Part shown: positions 1 to 7,580 of the stretch, one piece after another
Layout of the letters: every line of letters starts with the position of its first letter
Numbering within the stretch: the first letter of the stretch is position 1
Assembly (NCBI GenBank): GCA_014728035.1
Contig: WJMJ01000086.1
Span: forward strand, 1-12,904
Source: Promethearchaeota archaeon
Lineage (GTDB): Archaea > Asgardarchaeota > Thorarchaeia > Thorarchaeales > Thorarchaeaceae
Direction of reading: 5' to 3'
DNA length: 12,904 nucleotides
Position numbers and translations under genes: made by a program
Notes under the pieces: model-generated
The model's database searches: none
Told to the model about the DNA's origin: nothing
Seen by the model: only the letters and a program-made list of their open reading frames with translations

Positions 1-3
1 AGA

Positions 4-31
4 CCCCCCCCCCCTTGGTTTCCTATGGAAC
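4..31 (-). promoter_or_regulatory. ORB (origin recognition box) with G-string, left copy
   Basis: Reverse complement reads GTTCCATAGGAAACCAAGGGGGGGGGGG, matching the archaeal ORB pattern GTTCCA-N3-GAAA(C/T)-N3-G-string bound by Orc1/Cdc6. Confidence 0.8.
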
Positions 32-206
32 TCTATTTTGACCGTTGCACAAAAAAATAAGATGATCAAAAAAATACTTTGTTTGATACCTCATAAAAAT
101 ACATATGAATTGAAATGGGAATAATTTGTATTTAATATTTACCCTAGATTTTTTGAACAGGGCGTTTATTAATCGAACGCTTTTTGTTGTTACCTTTTGC
201 GTCTCC

Positions 207-233
207 GTTCCATGCGAAATGATGGGGGGGGGG
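207..233 (+). promoter_or_regulatory. ORB (origin recognition box) with G-string, right copy
   Basis: GTTCCATGCGAAATGATGGGGGGGGGG aligns without gaps to the inverted left copy (shared GTTCCAT, GAAA and G10). Confidence 0.8.
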
Positions 234-248
234 TAATCCAACGACACA

Positions 249-265
249 TTTAAATTAATTTAATA
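249..265 (+). promoter_or_regulatory. candidate archaeal TATA box(es) for the first operon
   Basis: TTTAAA (249-254) and TTTAATA (259-265) lie 22-38 nt upstream of ATG 287. Confidence 0.4.
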
Positions 266-286
266 TCATTGAATAGTAGTGATACT

Positions 287-451
287 ATGACTTGTAAATG
301 TCCTAAACTTGGATTCACTGAAGATGGAAATGTAGTAGAATGTATAGAAACGGAATGTCGTTTTTGGATTGAAAAATATCAAGATTGTTCTATCAGGATA
401 CAGGCCGTCGCTCTAGCAAAGATTGCGAAGATGGATTCTGAAGAATGGTGA
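287..451 (+). CDS. small Cys-rich, putative Zn-binding protein (54 aa)
   Basis: MTCKCPKL...ECIETECRFW...DCSI has five Cys. ATG 287 follows a GTGAT SD-like motif, and the stop overlaps the next gene's SD. Confidence 0.7.
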   Translation: MTCKCPKLGFTEDGNVVECIETECRFWIEKYQDCSIRIQAVALAKIAKMDSEEW

Positions 452-455
452 TCTA

Positions 456-2042
456 ATGAAGCGCCATATTCCTATCATACTTATGTTGTGCATGATGATG
501 CCTCTATCTGTGAGTGCGGATCTGTCAATTGAAGAAGCAATACGTGTAGAGATAGTTCCTCTCACTAATAGGCCAGTACAATATAATTTTCAATCAATCA
601 GAAACCCCAATATTATAAGATCTAGATCTAACAGTGGTATAACTAGATTCCGTGCAAATCAAGATATCATAAAGATCATTTCAAGCGTGGATGGCATGAT
701 TACTTCTTATTCTACATTACTTGTACATCATGATTTTGTAGAGAGTGATGTTTTAAGACACAATGTAAGTTTTATGCAGAAGGTTGTTCCAGAACTAGAA
801 ATATGTGGTTTCAACTATAAGGCAATCATAGCTGTACATGGTTGTTTTGGACACAATGATTTTAAGATGGGTGAACTATATCGAAGTTCTCCCTTATCAT
901 GTATAAGGTTTCCAATAAACGAATCGATATACTCTGCTTTCGATGCTGATTACCGTTTTGAAACAACTGAATATGTATATTATATAACTAAACTTGATCC
1001 AGTTCGTAATGTCACTATTCAGGAGTTGCAAATTGACCCATTTATACCAAGTGACCCGTTACTTCTCAATATGTCTGTTGGATTCGTAGAGTCGAGTAGT
1101 ATTCCATCATCCCTCTTTGAGAATAAGTTTCAACAATTAACAGACTCTTTTACTTTTCAGAATATGACTCTTAACATATCATCTACTTTCCCGATAGTAC
1201 ACAAATTTCATGCTGATGATTTCTTTGTTGAAGAACCTGCTATTCCAATGATTGGGGAATGGATGCTTGATGGGGAACCACTTAACTATGATTATGTATA
1301 TTTAGAACCACACCCCGTTGATGGAGGTGGTGGTATAGATATCCCCGATCCAATAGATGAAGTAATTTTTATTCCAGTAGTGATTCTGTTCCCCTGCTTG
1401 TTCATTTCCAGTTTGTTATATTATTTATATTCGATATATAACAGAAAAGAAAAGACAATATCGTTATCCAATTGTGATAGTTTACAAGAATATGTTGAAC
1501 ACCAAAAGAGAAAACTTAGAATAAAGAAGATCAAACAGACTGAAGAAGACATAGAAAAAGCCGAGTCGAAAATAAGAGAAAAATGCGAAATATGGAATCG
1601 GTCATATCAAGAAATGAAGACATTATACAATTCAATTATGGGGCTTGCTGAGGTCTTACGAACAAGAGGTATGATTGTGGAGTATGTGCAGGTATCAGCA
1701 GGTATAGAACTCATAAAGGATGTTGATATCTTATCTTTCTATAGTCTTGTAAAGAGACATGATTTGATTGTAGATTATTATGAGTCTGAGACAGATCAGA
1801 AAAAACACATTCATTATTGTGCCAAGTTTCAAAGTGACTTTTACAGGACCCAGGTAGATTATGATATTGTTACTGATGCAGCATATGTTGTATCCATGAA
1901 TAAAACACGTACAGATCTACTAAAGCAGCTTGATGAATTACAAGGAGGAAAATCAAATGACCTTGCATTAGGCTTTATTATTGTATTTACTATGTATATC
2001 ATTATTGAAATTGGTTTTTGGATACAGGGGGCTTTGACATGA
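456..2042 (+). CDS. hypothetical membrane protein: signal peptide, ~280-aa ectodomain, TM, coiled-coil region, C-terminal TM
   Basis: Long ORF; start moved to ATG 456 behind GGTGA (447-451). Signal peptide MKRHIPIILMLCMMMPLSVSA, G/P-rich linker, TM VIFIPVVILFPCLFISSLLYYLY, K/E/Q-rich helical stretch, terminal TM LALGFIIVFTMYIIIEIGFWI. Confidence 0.85.
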   Translation: MKRHIPIILMLCMMMPLSVSADLSIEEAIRVEIVPLTNRPVQYNFQSIRNPNIIRSRSNSGITRFRANQDIIKIISSVDGMITSYSTLLVHHDFVESDVLRHNVSFMQKVVPELEICGFNYKAIIAVHGCFGHNDFKMGELYRSSPLSCIRFPINESIYSAFDADYRFETTEYVYYITKLDPVRNVTIQELQIDPFIPSDPLLLNMSVGFVESSSIPSSLFENKFQQLTDSFTFQNMTLNISSTFPIVHKFHADDFFVEEPAIPMIGEWMLDGEPLNYDYVYLEPHPVDGGGGIDIPDPIDEVIFIPVVILFPCLFISSLLYYLYSIYNRKEKTISLSNCDSLQEYVEHQKRKLRIKKIKQTEEDIEKAESKIREKCEIWNRSYQEMKTLYNSIMGLAEVLRTRGMIVEYVQVSAGIELIKDVDILSFYSLVKRHDLIVDYYESETDQKKHIHYCAKFQSDFYRTQVDYDIVTDAAYVVSMNKTRTDLLKQLDELQGGKSNDLALGFIIVFTMYIIIEIGFWIQGALT

Positions 2043-2329
2043 GTATCAACGTATGTATAAATAATCATACTGAGAAGCATGATAACTTGCCTTATCAGAT
2101 AGGGAGAAATTCATCTATACCTGTCTATCTTGATCGGGTACGAGATTTCCTGAAAGGCAAGTATGTGGTAAGAACAAGTGTAGTAGCAAGATATCTTGAC
2201 ATATCTCCCTCACTTGCGGGGCACGTCATGTTAATGCACCCTAATTATGAGGATTGGACATGCGGAAGGAGAAGCAAATGGATAAGAAAGATTGCGGACA
2301 TAAATAGGCCCCATTGGGAATATGCCTAG
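2039..2329 (+). CDS. small basic protein, possible winged-helix/HTH DNA-binding protein
   Basis: ATGA overlap with the upstream stop. VRTSVVARYLDISPSLAGHVM is HTH-like and is followed by a W-containing wing-like segment. Confidence 0.6.
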   Translation: MSINVCINNHTEKHDNLPYQIGRNSSIPVYLDRVRDFLKGKYVVRTSVVARYLDISPSLAGHVMLMHPNYEDWTCGRRSKWIRKIADINRPHWEYA

Positions 2330-2338
2330 TCTCCTATA

Positions 2339-2361
2339 GCGATTATGATTTCCATTATCGC
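2339..2361. repeat. imperfect inverted repeat (operator or hairpin)
   Basis: GCGATTATG-ATTTC-CATTATCGC, 8 of 9 pairs, immediately before the GGGTGAT SD of the 2374 gene. Confidence 0.55.
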
Positions 2362-2373
2362 GGGTGATATACT

Positions 2374-2580
2374 ATGTTAGAACGAATTAAACAATGGTAT
2401 CTTCAGAGAAAAACGAGATGTCATGTTGTTTTGAAGATCGAAGATGAAAGTAAAGGTGTTACCTTTGAATACTATCTAGGATATATTCATCCAAGTGACA
2501 CAAAGAGAAAGGTTGCAGAAATAGATGAGGCAATAGATGATCTAGAAAATCTTGGATTCAAGAGAAAGAGTAGGCGATAG
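2374..2580 (+). CDS. hypothetical protein (68 aa)
   Basis: Strong GGGTGAT SD, fills the gap between neighbours, basic termini. Confidence 0.75.
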   Translation: MLERIKQWYLQRKTRCHVVLKIEDESKGVTFEYYLGYIHPSDTKRKVAEIDEAIDDLENLGFKRKSRR

Positions 2581-2583
2581 ACC

Positions 2584-3294
2584 ATGAACAAGAAAACAAG
2601 CTTTATCGTTCTCTGTATTGTGGTCATGGTGGGAATACCTATCATCAATCTTGGTCTATACTATGATATGGATACAACTCCACGAGAAACAGAGGTAATA
2701 ATGTGGTCACAAAGTATAGATTGCAATAGAACAGTTTTGGAATTGTATCTTAGTTATTCTTTGAATGAAACAATAATTCCAGATCACCATCAGGATTTCA
2801 GATATACTATATCGTATTATCAGATCTATGCAGAGGCAAATATTCTCAATATCACTCTATCAAATAACATTGAAGTAGGAGACTACTATTATGATACTGT
2901 TAATTATTATATCAAGCTCGGCTTCATCAACATAACCCATGTTGTATTTCAGACTCATGTAGATGGGCCACGAACAGATATCATTCCAATAAACAATACT
3001 GAATGGGCTGTTACCCGTTCATATACATGCCAGAACAACGACTCTAAAATCAAGATCAGTTGTGCTTCTATAGGAGTCTATAATTATACGATAATACAAA
3101 ATGCATTTCCCCAGCTTGAAAATACTACGTTTTCATCACCTCCCTTTGTTACCACCAATGCGTATAATTATGTACAGACATATAATGTTGAGAGTTTCAA
3201 GACCTTGACCACTGTCTATTGCATGGTTAGCGCTGGGGTTCTATGGATCGTTCTGTATCATGGAATAAAGGAGGACCTCAAACATGAAGAATGA
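2584..3294 (+). CDS. double-anchored membrane glycoprotein (N- and C-terminal TM)
   Basis: N-terminal hydrophobic segment, eight N-x-S/T sequons (NRT, NET, NIT x2, NNT, NDS, NYT, NTT) and a C-terminal TM VYCMVSAGVLWIVLY. Confidence 0.8.
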   Translation: MNKKTSFIVLCIVVMVGIPIINLGLYYDMDTTPRETEVIMWSQSIDCNRTVLELYLSYSLNETIIPDHHQDFRYTISYYQIYAEANILNITLSNNIEVGDYYYDTVNYYIKLGFINITHVVFQTHVDGPRTDIIPINNTEWAVTRSYTCQNNDSKIKISCASIGVYNYTIIQNAFPQLENTTFSSPPFVTTNAYNYVQTYNVESFKTLTTVYCMVSAGVLWIVLYHGIKEDLKHEE

Positions 3295-3883
3295 GAAGGG
3301 AGAGGACACAACACAGAGTATGTTGTTATTTCTACTTGATGTGAAGGACAGGATATTAGAAGAACTAAGAGAGATAGTAGAGTCTCTGAAAGATAGTTCA
3401 TGGAGAGTACAGACCGATGCAAAGTCACAACTTACTACTATCATTGATTGTATCATGTTCATTGATGGCACGATACAGGAAAGCACATTGTTTAGAGGGA
3501 TAGTATATTCGCGAGTGACCCCCATCATAACAGCCTTGATACAGACCCGTAAAGGGTATCCGTACTTGACTCTATCAGATGAGCATATGCAGTATCTAGG
3601 ATATAAACGGGTAGATGATATTGAACATGATGGTACATATTGGGTCCACAAGGACACTGGAGACATCATAGATCATAGCGTGATATTCTCGTACGTAACT
3701 AACATTCAGGACTTTGATATAGATGATTGGCCAAAAGGGGAATGGGGCAGCGAAGGTTTTGGATTAGGAATGTTCGGTGGGCGTGGATCACGCATAATAA
3801 CAGGAACTGGGTTTGAATTATCAGAGACCAAACCTGAAGATGATAAGTTAGTGTTGCCCCCTGAACCAGAACACACAGAGTGA
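3284..3883 (+). CDS. hypothetical acidic cytoplasmic protein (199 aa)
   Basis: GGAGG SD at 3270-3274 and overlap with the upstream gene end. No recognised domain. Confidence 0.75.
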   Translation: MKNEKGEDTTQSMLLFLLDVKDRILEELREIVESLKDSSWRVQTDAKSQLTTIIDCIMFIDGTIQESTLFRGIVYSRVTPIITALIQTRKGYPYLTLSDEHMQYLGYKRVDDIEHDGTYWVHKDTGDIIDHSVIFSYVTNIQDFDIDDWPKGEWGSEGFGLGMFGGRGSRIITGTGFELSETKPEDDKLVLPPEPEHTE

Positions 3884-3900
3884 TCAGTGCTATCTAAACC

Positions 3901-3916
3901 TGCCCAGCGCTGGGCA
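3901..3916 (+). terminator. perfect 16-bp GC-rich palindrome; possible terminator or protein-binding site closing the first operon
   Basis: TGCCCAGCGCTGGGCA begins 18 nt after the 3883 stop and is followed by only a short T run (CCTTTA). Confidence 0.5.
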
Positions 3917-3936
3917 CCTTTACCCAATAACTAATC

Positions 3937-4040
3937 GAAACATTAATACGAAATGTAATACGTAATATATACATGAAATACCGTATTATGTACTTGGTCA
4001 CTACTTTTAGATGTTACCTATTACGTGATACGATACGGAG
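3937..4040 (+). promoter_or_regulatory. putative promoter/regulatory region of the structural operon
   Basis: AT-rich, with TAATACG direct repeats (3944, 3956), TAATATATA (3963-3971), dyad AATAC-C-GTATT (3977-3987), CTATTACGTG (4018-4027) and GATACGATACG. Confidence 0.55.
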
Positions 4041-4049
4041 TTATTGAAC

Positions 4050-5162
4050 ATGGCGAAGAACGATTCACTAAAAACCATAGTCATGGTGTTGGTTATTATC
4101 ATTTTATTGGTAGTTTCAGCATTTGCAGTGGTTATGGCATATCAGGCCGGAATCTTCGGATTTATGGGTCTGACGCCTGGAGACGTTCAAGATGATGCTG
4201 GAGATGATGAGACACCTGTTGAGATAGAGGGTAAGACCCTTGCTTATCTCAAAACTTGGGTTGTTAGTGAAGATGATACCACTGATGATCTTGAGTCCGA
4301 AGATGTCTATATTTGGTATGATTGGAACGGAGACGGGCAAATGCAACGGTCCGCGTTTGCGGGCTTCACGGAAGAAGACGGACTAATTGGCGGAGAGATT
4401 GAACACACATCCACTGGTTCCAGTGATGGGTACTTTACCTCTCGTAATCCTTATCCTGTTGGCGAGTCTATCTGGGTCTTTGTAGATCCTGGATCAGATG
4501 ACGGGTATCAGAAGTCATATCAAAAAGTGATCATGTATGGGTCTCCAGACTCTAACAATCAGATCACCACAGCTAACGTTCTATGCAGAGCAACAGATGA
4601 TGCTATCACATTCTCTGGCCTCATTAGAAACACAGCTATTGACGATGGTACTGACTACAACTACACAGCTAACGGTCAGACTGGAGCTTTTGAGATAAGG
4701 GCAACCTTAGCAACATCAAAGGCTGGTTTCGACTCTCAGGTTGCAGATAGTCCTACCTACAACCCATCTAACGAGTACTGGGTTCACTGGGGAACTGGTA
4801 AGAAATACGCTCCTACCTTCCTTGGCGGATACTGTACTAACCAGGATGCTGTTGACCTGGGTATTGACGCTGGCGACTGGGACTTCTATTATCAGGGTGC
4901 AACAAACACATATTTTGCACGATACCTGATGGACTTTGATGACTACTCTGAGGACTCTGACACGATCTATTACAGCGCATATGATGCTGCTCCAACTTGG
5001 GTATATTCTACCTCAGTTGATATTTCTGCTGCTGGTGCTGTTGTATATGTCGGAATTTTCCAAGATGTAGAATGGTCCGATTTCAACCGAGGAACTTGGA
5101 ATCCCACAACTGATGCCAACATTATTGGTACGTGTGGTGCTGACTGGGACTGGGTAGCCTGA
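4050..5162 (+). CDS. N-terminally anchored, highly acidic beta-rich surface protein; candidate major structural/envelope protein
   Basis: 370 aa from ATG 4050 with GGAG upstream. Long N-terminal hydrophobic helix and D/T/G/Y-rich ectodomain. First gene after the promoter region and followed by a strong hairpin. Confidence 0.8.
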   Translation: MAKNDSLKTIVMVLVIIILLVVSAFAVVMAYQAGIFGFMGLTPGDVQDDAGDDETPVEIEGKTLAYLKTWVVSEDDTTDDLESEDVYIWYDWNGDGQMQRSAFAGFTEEDGLIGGEIEHTSTGSSDGYFTSRNPYPVGESIWVFVDPGSDDGYQKSYQKVIMYGSPDSNNQITTANVLCRATDDAITFSGLIRNTAIDDGTDYNYTANGQTGAFEIRATLATSKAGFDSQVADSPTYNPSNEYWVHWGTGKKYAPTFLGGYCTNQDAVDLGIDAGDWDFYYQGATNTYFARYLMDFDDYSEDSDTIYYSAYDAAPTWVYSTSVDISAAGAVVYVGIFQDVEWSDFNRGTWNPTTDANIIGTCGADWDWVA

Positions 5163-5177
5163 TCTCAGTATAATCTA

Positions 5178-5202
5178 TAGGGATACGGTCTTCGTATCCC
5201 TA
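5178..5202 (+). terminator. perfect 10-bp stem-loop after the 4050 gene (attenuator or mRNA stabiliser)
   Basis: TAGGGATACG-GTCTT-CGTATCCCTA with no adjacent T tract. Confidence 0.6.
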
Positions 5203-5223
5203 CACAATATTTGGTGAAACGAC

Positions 5224-6552
5224 ATGAAGCAAAGTCCACAAGTAGTATCGACTATCATTTTTATCATTGGAATTGTCTTGATAGGGTCGGGTATAGTTCT
5301 GTCCGTATCTCCGCAGATCGGTGATATTGGAGTAACGGTTAAAAATGACATACAGGCTGACATGAGGATCTATGATGTGTCCTCTTCTGATGTGACTGGA
5401 AGGGATTCTCCATATCTGATTGATGATGCTTTTGACCGTATTTTTACAGATTTGTACGTACAAGTAGTTCCCTCGGCTGTTGATGGTATAGCATCATTCA
5501 AACTTTCAATCATCAACGAAAATAGCGAAAGGGTATATTATCAAAGCATGGATCAGGTCGGAAGTTATTACGAATCCTATGTTGATGTTGATGGATATCC
5601 TACTGGTCAATACACGATAAAGGCAACAGGCGTATCAGAGACATACAATGTGATCTATGAGGAGACGAACCCTAATCATGCATGGTATGAGGGTCAGATA
5701 GCACGAGGAGCCGACGAAGCAAGCTTACGAGAATTGGTCATGGCAGGTGCCTATGGCGGAGTGTGGCCCATTCCAGAGACCATTACAGTTACAGAACAAC
5801 GAGAAGAGGTAAGTATCTACGATCCGTCACCACGACTGGTATCTATAAAGAACCCGTGGCAAAAACCAGTATTCACTCTTGGAATATCACAGGCGGACTC
5901 TTCAAGTCCTGTATATTTTTCATACACCCTGACTGAGGGAGTAGTAACTTCTATGACCTTGGTTATTCGAGCTGAAGATGGAACAAGAGTAGCTGAGTCT
6001 AAGGATCCTGATGCATTCGTGTTTAATGAGAATCAGGGGCAGGCAGATGGATATTATACCGCAACACTATACGTTGTAGGTGCCTCTGGATGGACCGGAG
6101 CGCAACGTTCTGTAGGATTCACCATAGACAATCCAGAAGATATAGCTGGTGAAGTCACGATATTCATATCCAATAACGAGAGATGGGAACAGATAAGCGA
6201 TGGAGACATCATATCTGGTTCTGTGCTTATCCGTGTTGAGATCACATCTGGAGAACCTGTTGTCTGTACTGCATATTTTGACGGTCCAACCCAACGAGTC
6301 TTTGATATGGAATTTGACGGTACATACTGGTATGTTATCTTGGACACAAACATCTTTGTGAACGGTGATTATTCTATCTATGTGGAGGCTACAAGAGCAG
6401 AAGATAATGCTCTATGCAGACTTTCAGTATTCGATACTGGGGTAGAGGGTTCAACTGGACAGATACAGATCTTTGGTGCTATACTTCTTGTCATGGGTCT
6501 GTTCTTTGTTGGATACTGGGCCTTTATCACCATGATGCCAAGACGGAGATGA
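5224..6552 (+). CDS. membrane-anchored surface protein with Ig-like domains and C-terminal TM + PRRR tail
   Basis: GGTGA SD and N-terminal TM. Ig-like signatures (GQYTIKATG, DGYYTATLYV, GDIISGSVLIRVEI...LDTNIFVNGDYSIYVEA). C-terminus IFGAILLVMGLFFVGYWAFITMMPRRR. Confidence 0.85.
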   Translation: MKQSPQVVSTIIFIIGIVLIGSGIVLSVSPQIGDIGVTVKNDIQADMRIYDVSSSDVTGRDSPYLIDDAFDRIFTDLYVQVVPSAVDGIASFKLSIINENSERVYYQSMDQVGSYYESYVDVDGYPTGQYTIKATGVSETYNVIYEETNPNHAWYEGQIARGADEASLRELVMAGAYGGVWPIPETITVTEQREEVSIYDPSPRLVSIKNPWQKPVFTLGISQADSSSPVYFSYTLTEGVVTSMTLVIRAEDGTRVAESKDPDAFVFNENQGQADGYYTATLYVVGASGWTGAQRSVGFTIDNPEDIAGEVTIFISNNERWEQISDGDIISGSVLIRVEITSGEPVVCTAYFDGPTQRVFDMEFDGTYWYVILDTNIFVNGDYSIYVEATRAEDNALCRLSVFDTGVEGSTGQIQIFGAILLVMGLFFVGYWAFITMMPRRR

Positions 6553-6556
6553 TTCT

Positions 6557-7351
6557 ATGAGCTCGGATCTTCGTTCACGACTGTTTACATCTGATGACCC
6601 AGGGTTCAATTTCGGCCTTGTTGCCATAACCCTTGTTGTCATAACAATAATATTTCCCGTATACGTAGATATCGGTGTAGAAGATCCGAGAATAGACTCC
6701 TTTTGGAAAATGTTCATATCAGGGCTTGTAATGACTTTCATTCTATCATTATCACTTGCGCTATTGAAGATACGTAAAAGCAAGAGACAAAACGCAAAGG
6801 ATCTTGTCATATTCGACTTTACTAATCCAATCAAACAGATTTACGTTATTATCCTAGGTATTGTTGGAGGGGTGTTTATCGTAACAGCTAACATTCTGGC
6901 AACAACTTCAAGCAATCTATTATTATCTACTACAAATGCAACTGGATTCTATCTCGGTCTCCTAGCTGGTGTTGCAGAAGAGTTGTTCTTTAGAGGCTTC
7001 TTGCAGACCTTTTTTGAGCTGCTTCTTCAGGGTACAGTATTCGCTAGGTTCTTTGCTATCATTCCGACCGCTATAGTCTTTGCGCTATTTCATGCCTTTA
7101 CTCCATCTGGTCTTGAGTTTGGAACCCTATTGATATTGTTCATTATAGGAGTAGGACTTGGGATCCTTCAGGCAGTGGTAAACGACATAGGGGTTTCCAT
7201 GCTTGCCCATATCTTCAACAATCTTATAGCTACACTTGGAACCGCAACGGCACTATTCGTCATAGACCCTGTGGTCCTCATCATAGGGGTGGTCCTTGCA
7301 GTGTTCTTCTTCATGTTGTCATACATATTCATTCCTCGGAGGAGGAGATAA
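6557..7351 (+). CDS. CPBP family (Abi/Rce1-like, type II CAAX) intramembrane glutamic endopeptidase
   Basis: Polytopic membrane protein with all three family motifs in order: EELFFRG (EExxxR), FALFH (FxxxH) and AHIFNN (HxxxN). Ends in TM + PRRRR. Confidence 0.92.
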   Translation: MSSDLRSRLFTSDDPGFNFGLVAITLVVITIIFPVYVDIGVEDPRIDSFWKMFISGLVMTFILSLSLALLKIRKSKRQNAKDLVIFDFTNPIKQIYVIILGIVGGVFIVTANILATTSSNLLLSTTNATGFYLGLLAGVAEELFFRGFLQTFFELLLQGTVFARFFAIIPTAIVFALFHAFTPSGLEFGTLLILFIIGVGLGILQAVVNDIGVSMLAHIFNNLIATLGTATALFVIDPVVLIIGVVLAVFFFMLSYIFIPRRRR

Positions 7352-7352
7352 T

Positions 7353-7580
7353 TTGCCAAGAAAGAGTAATACTAAAACATATCTCATAACTGGGATCTTC
7401 GTGTTCGTCCTCAGCATAATGGCAGGAATTATTGTTAGTCTTATACTTGCTATTCCTGTTGCTGGGCTTGTGATATTTGGGCTTCCTGCAATGATAATCC
7501 TGCCTATTGCGTTAGTCCTCCTGTTCTTCTTCCTCGGTTGGATATTTATCACAATCGGGGGCATGCGGAGGCGTGGTTGA
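7353..7580 (+). CDS. small hydrophobic two-TM protein (75 aa, TTG start)
   Basis: GGAGGAG SD directly upstream of TTG 7353. Basic N-terminus, ~55 uncharged residues and a GMRRRG tail. TGATG coupling to the next gene. Confidence 0.75.
   Translation: MPRKSNTKTYLITGIFVFVLSIMAGIIVSLILAIPVAGLVIFGLPAMIILPIALVLLFFFLGWIFITIGGMRRRG

Larger units (their letters stand above)
4..233. other. putative archaeal-type (Orc1/Cdc6-dependent) replication origin
   Basis: Two inverted ORBs enclose a ~175-bp very AT-rich non-coding spacer with A/T runs (candidate unwinding element). No cdc6 gene lies inside the window. Confidence 0.65.

Noticed and set aside
3-234. C11/G10 tracts as a terminal inverted repeat, MITE or ncRNA closing stem
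   Set aside because: The match extends into GTTCCA..GAAA and is better explained as two ORB boxes. No transposase or target duplication is visible.
23-247. 74-aa minus-strand ORF
   Set aside because: It spans the ORB/AT-rich region, has low-complexity-derived composition and runs against the strand of all credible genes.
3937-4040. CRISPR-like or iteron array
   Set aside because: The repeats are only 5-7 bp, irregularly spaced and without spacers.
423-7579. Track start positions 423, 2018, 4044, 7296 and 7538 (also 269)
   Set aside because: Downstream starts (456, 2039, 4050, 7353, 7580, 287) fit SD spacing, stop-start coupling and signal peptide position better.
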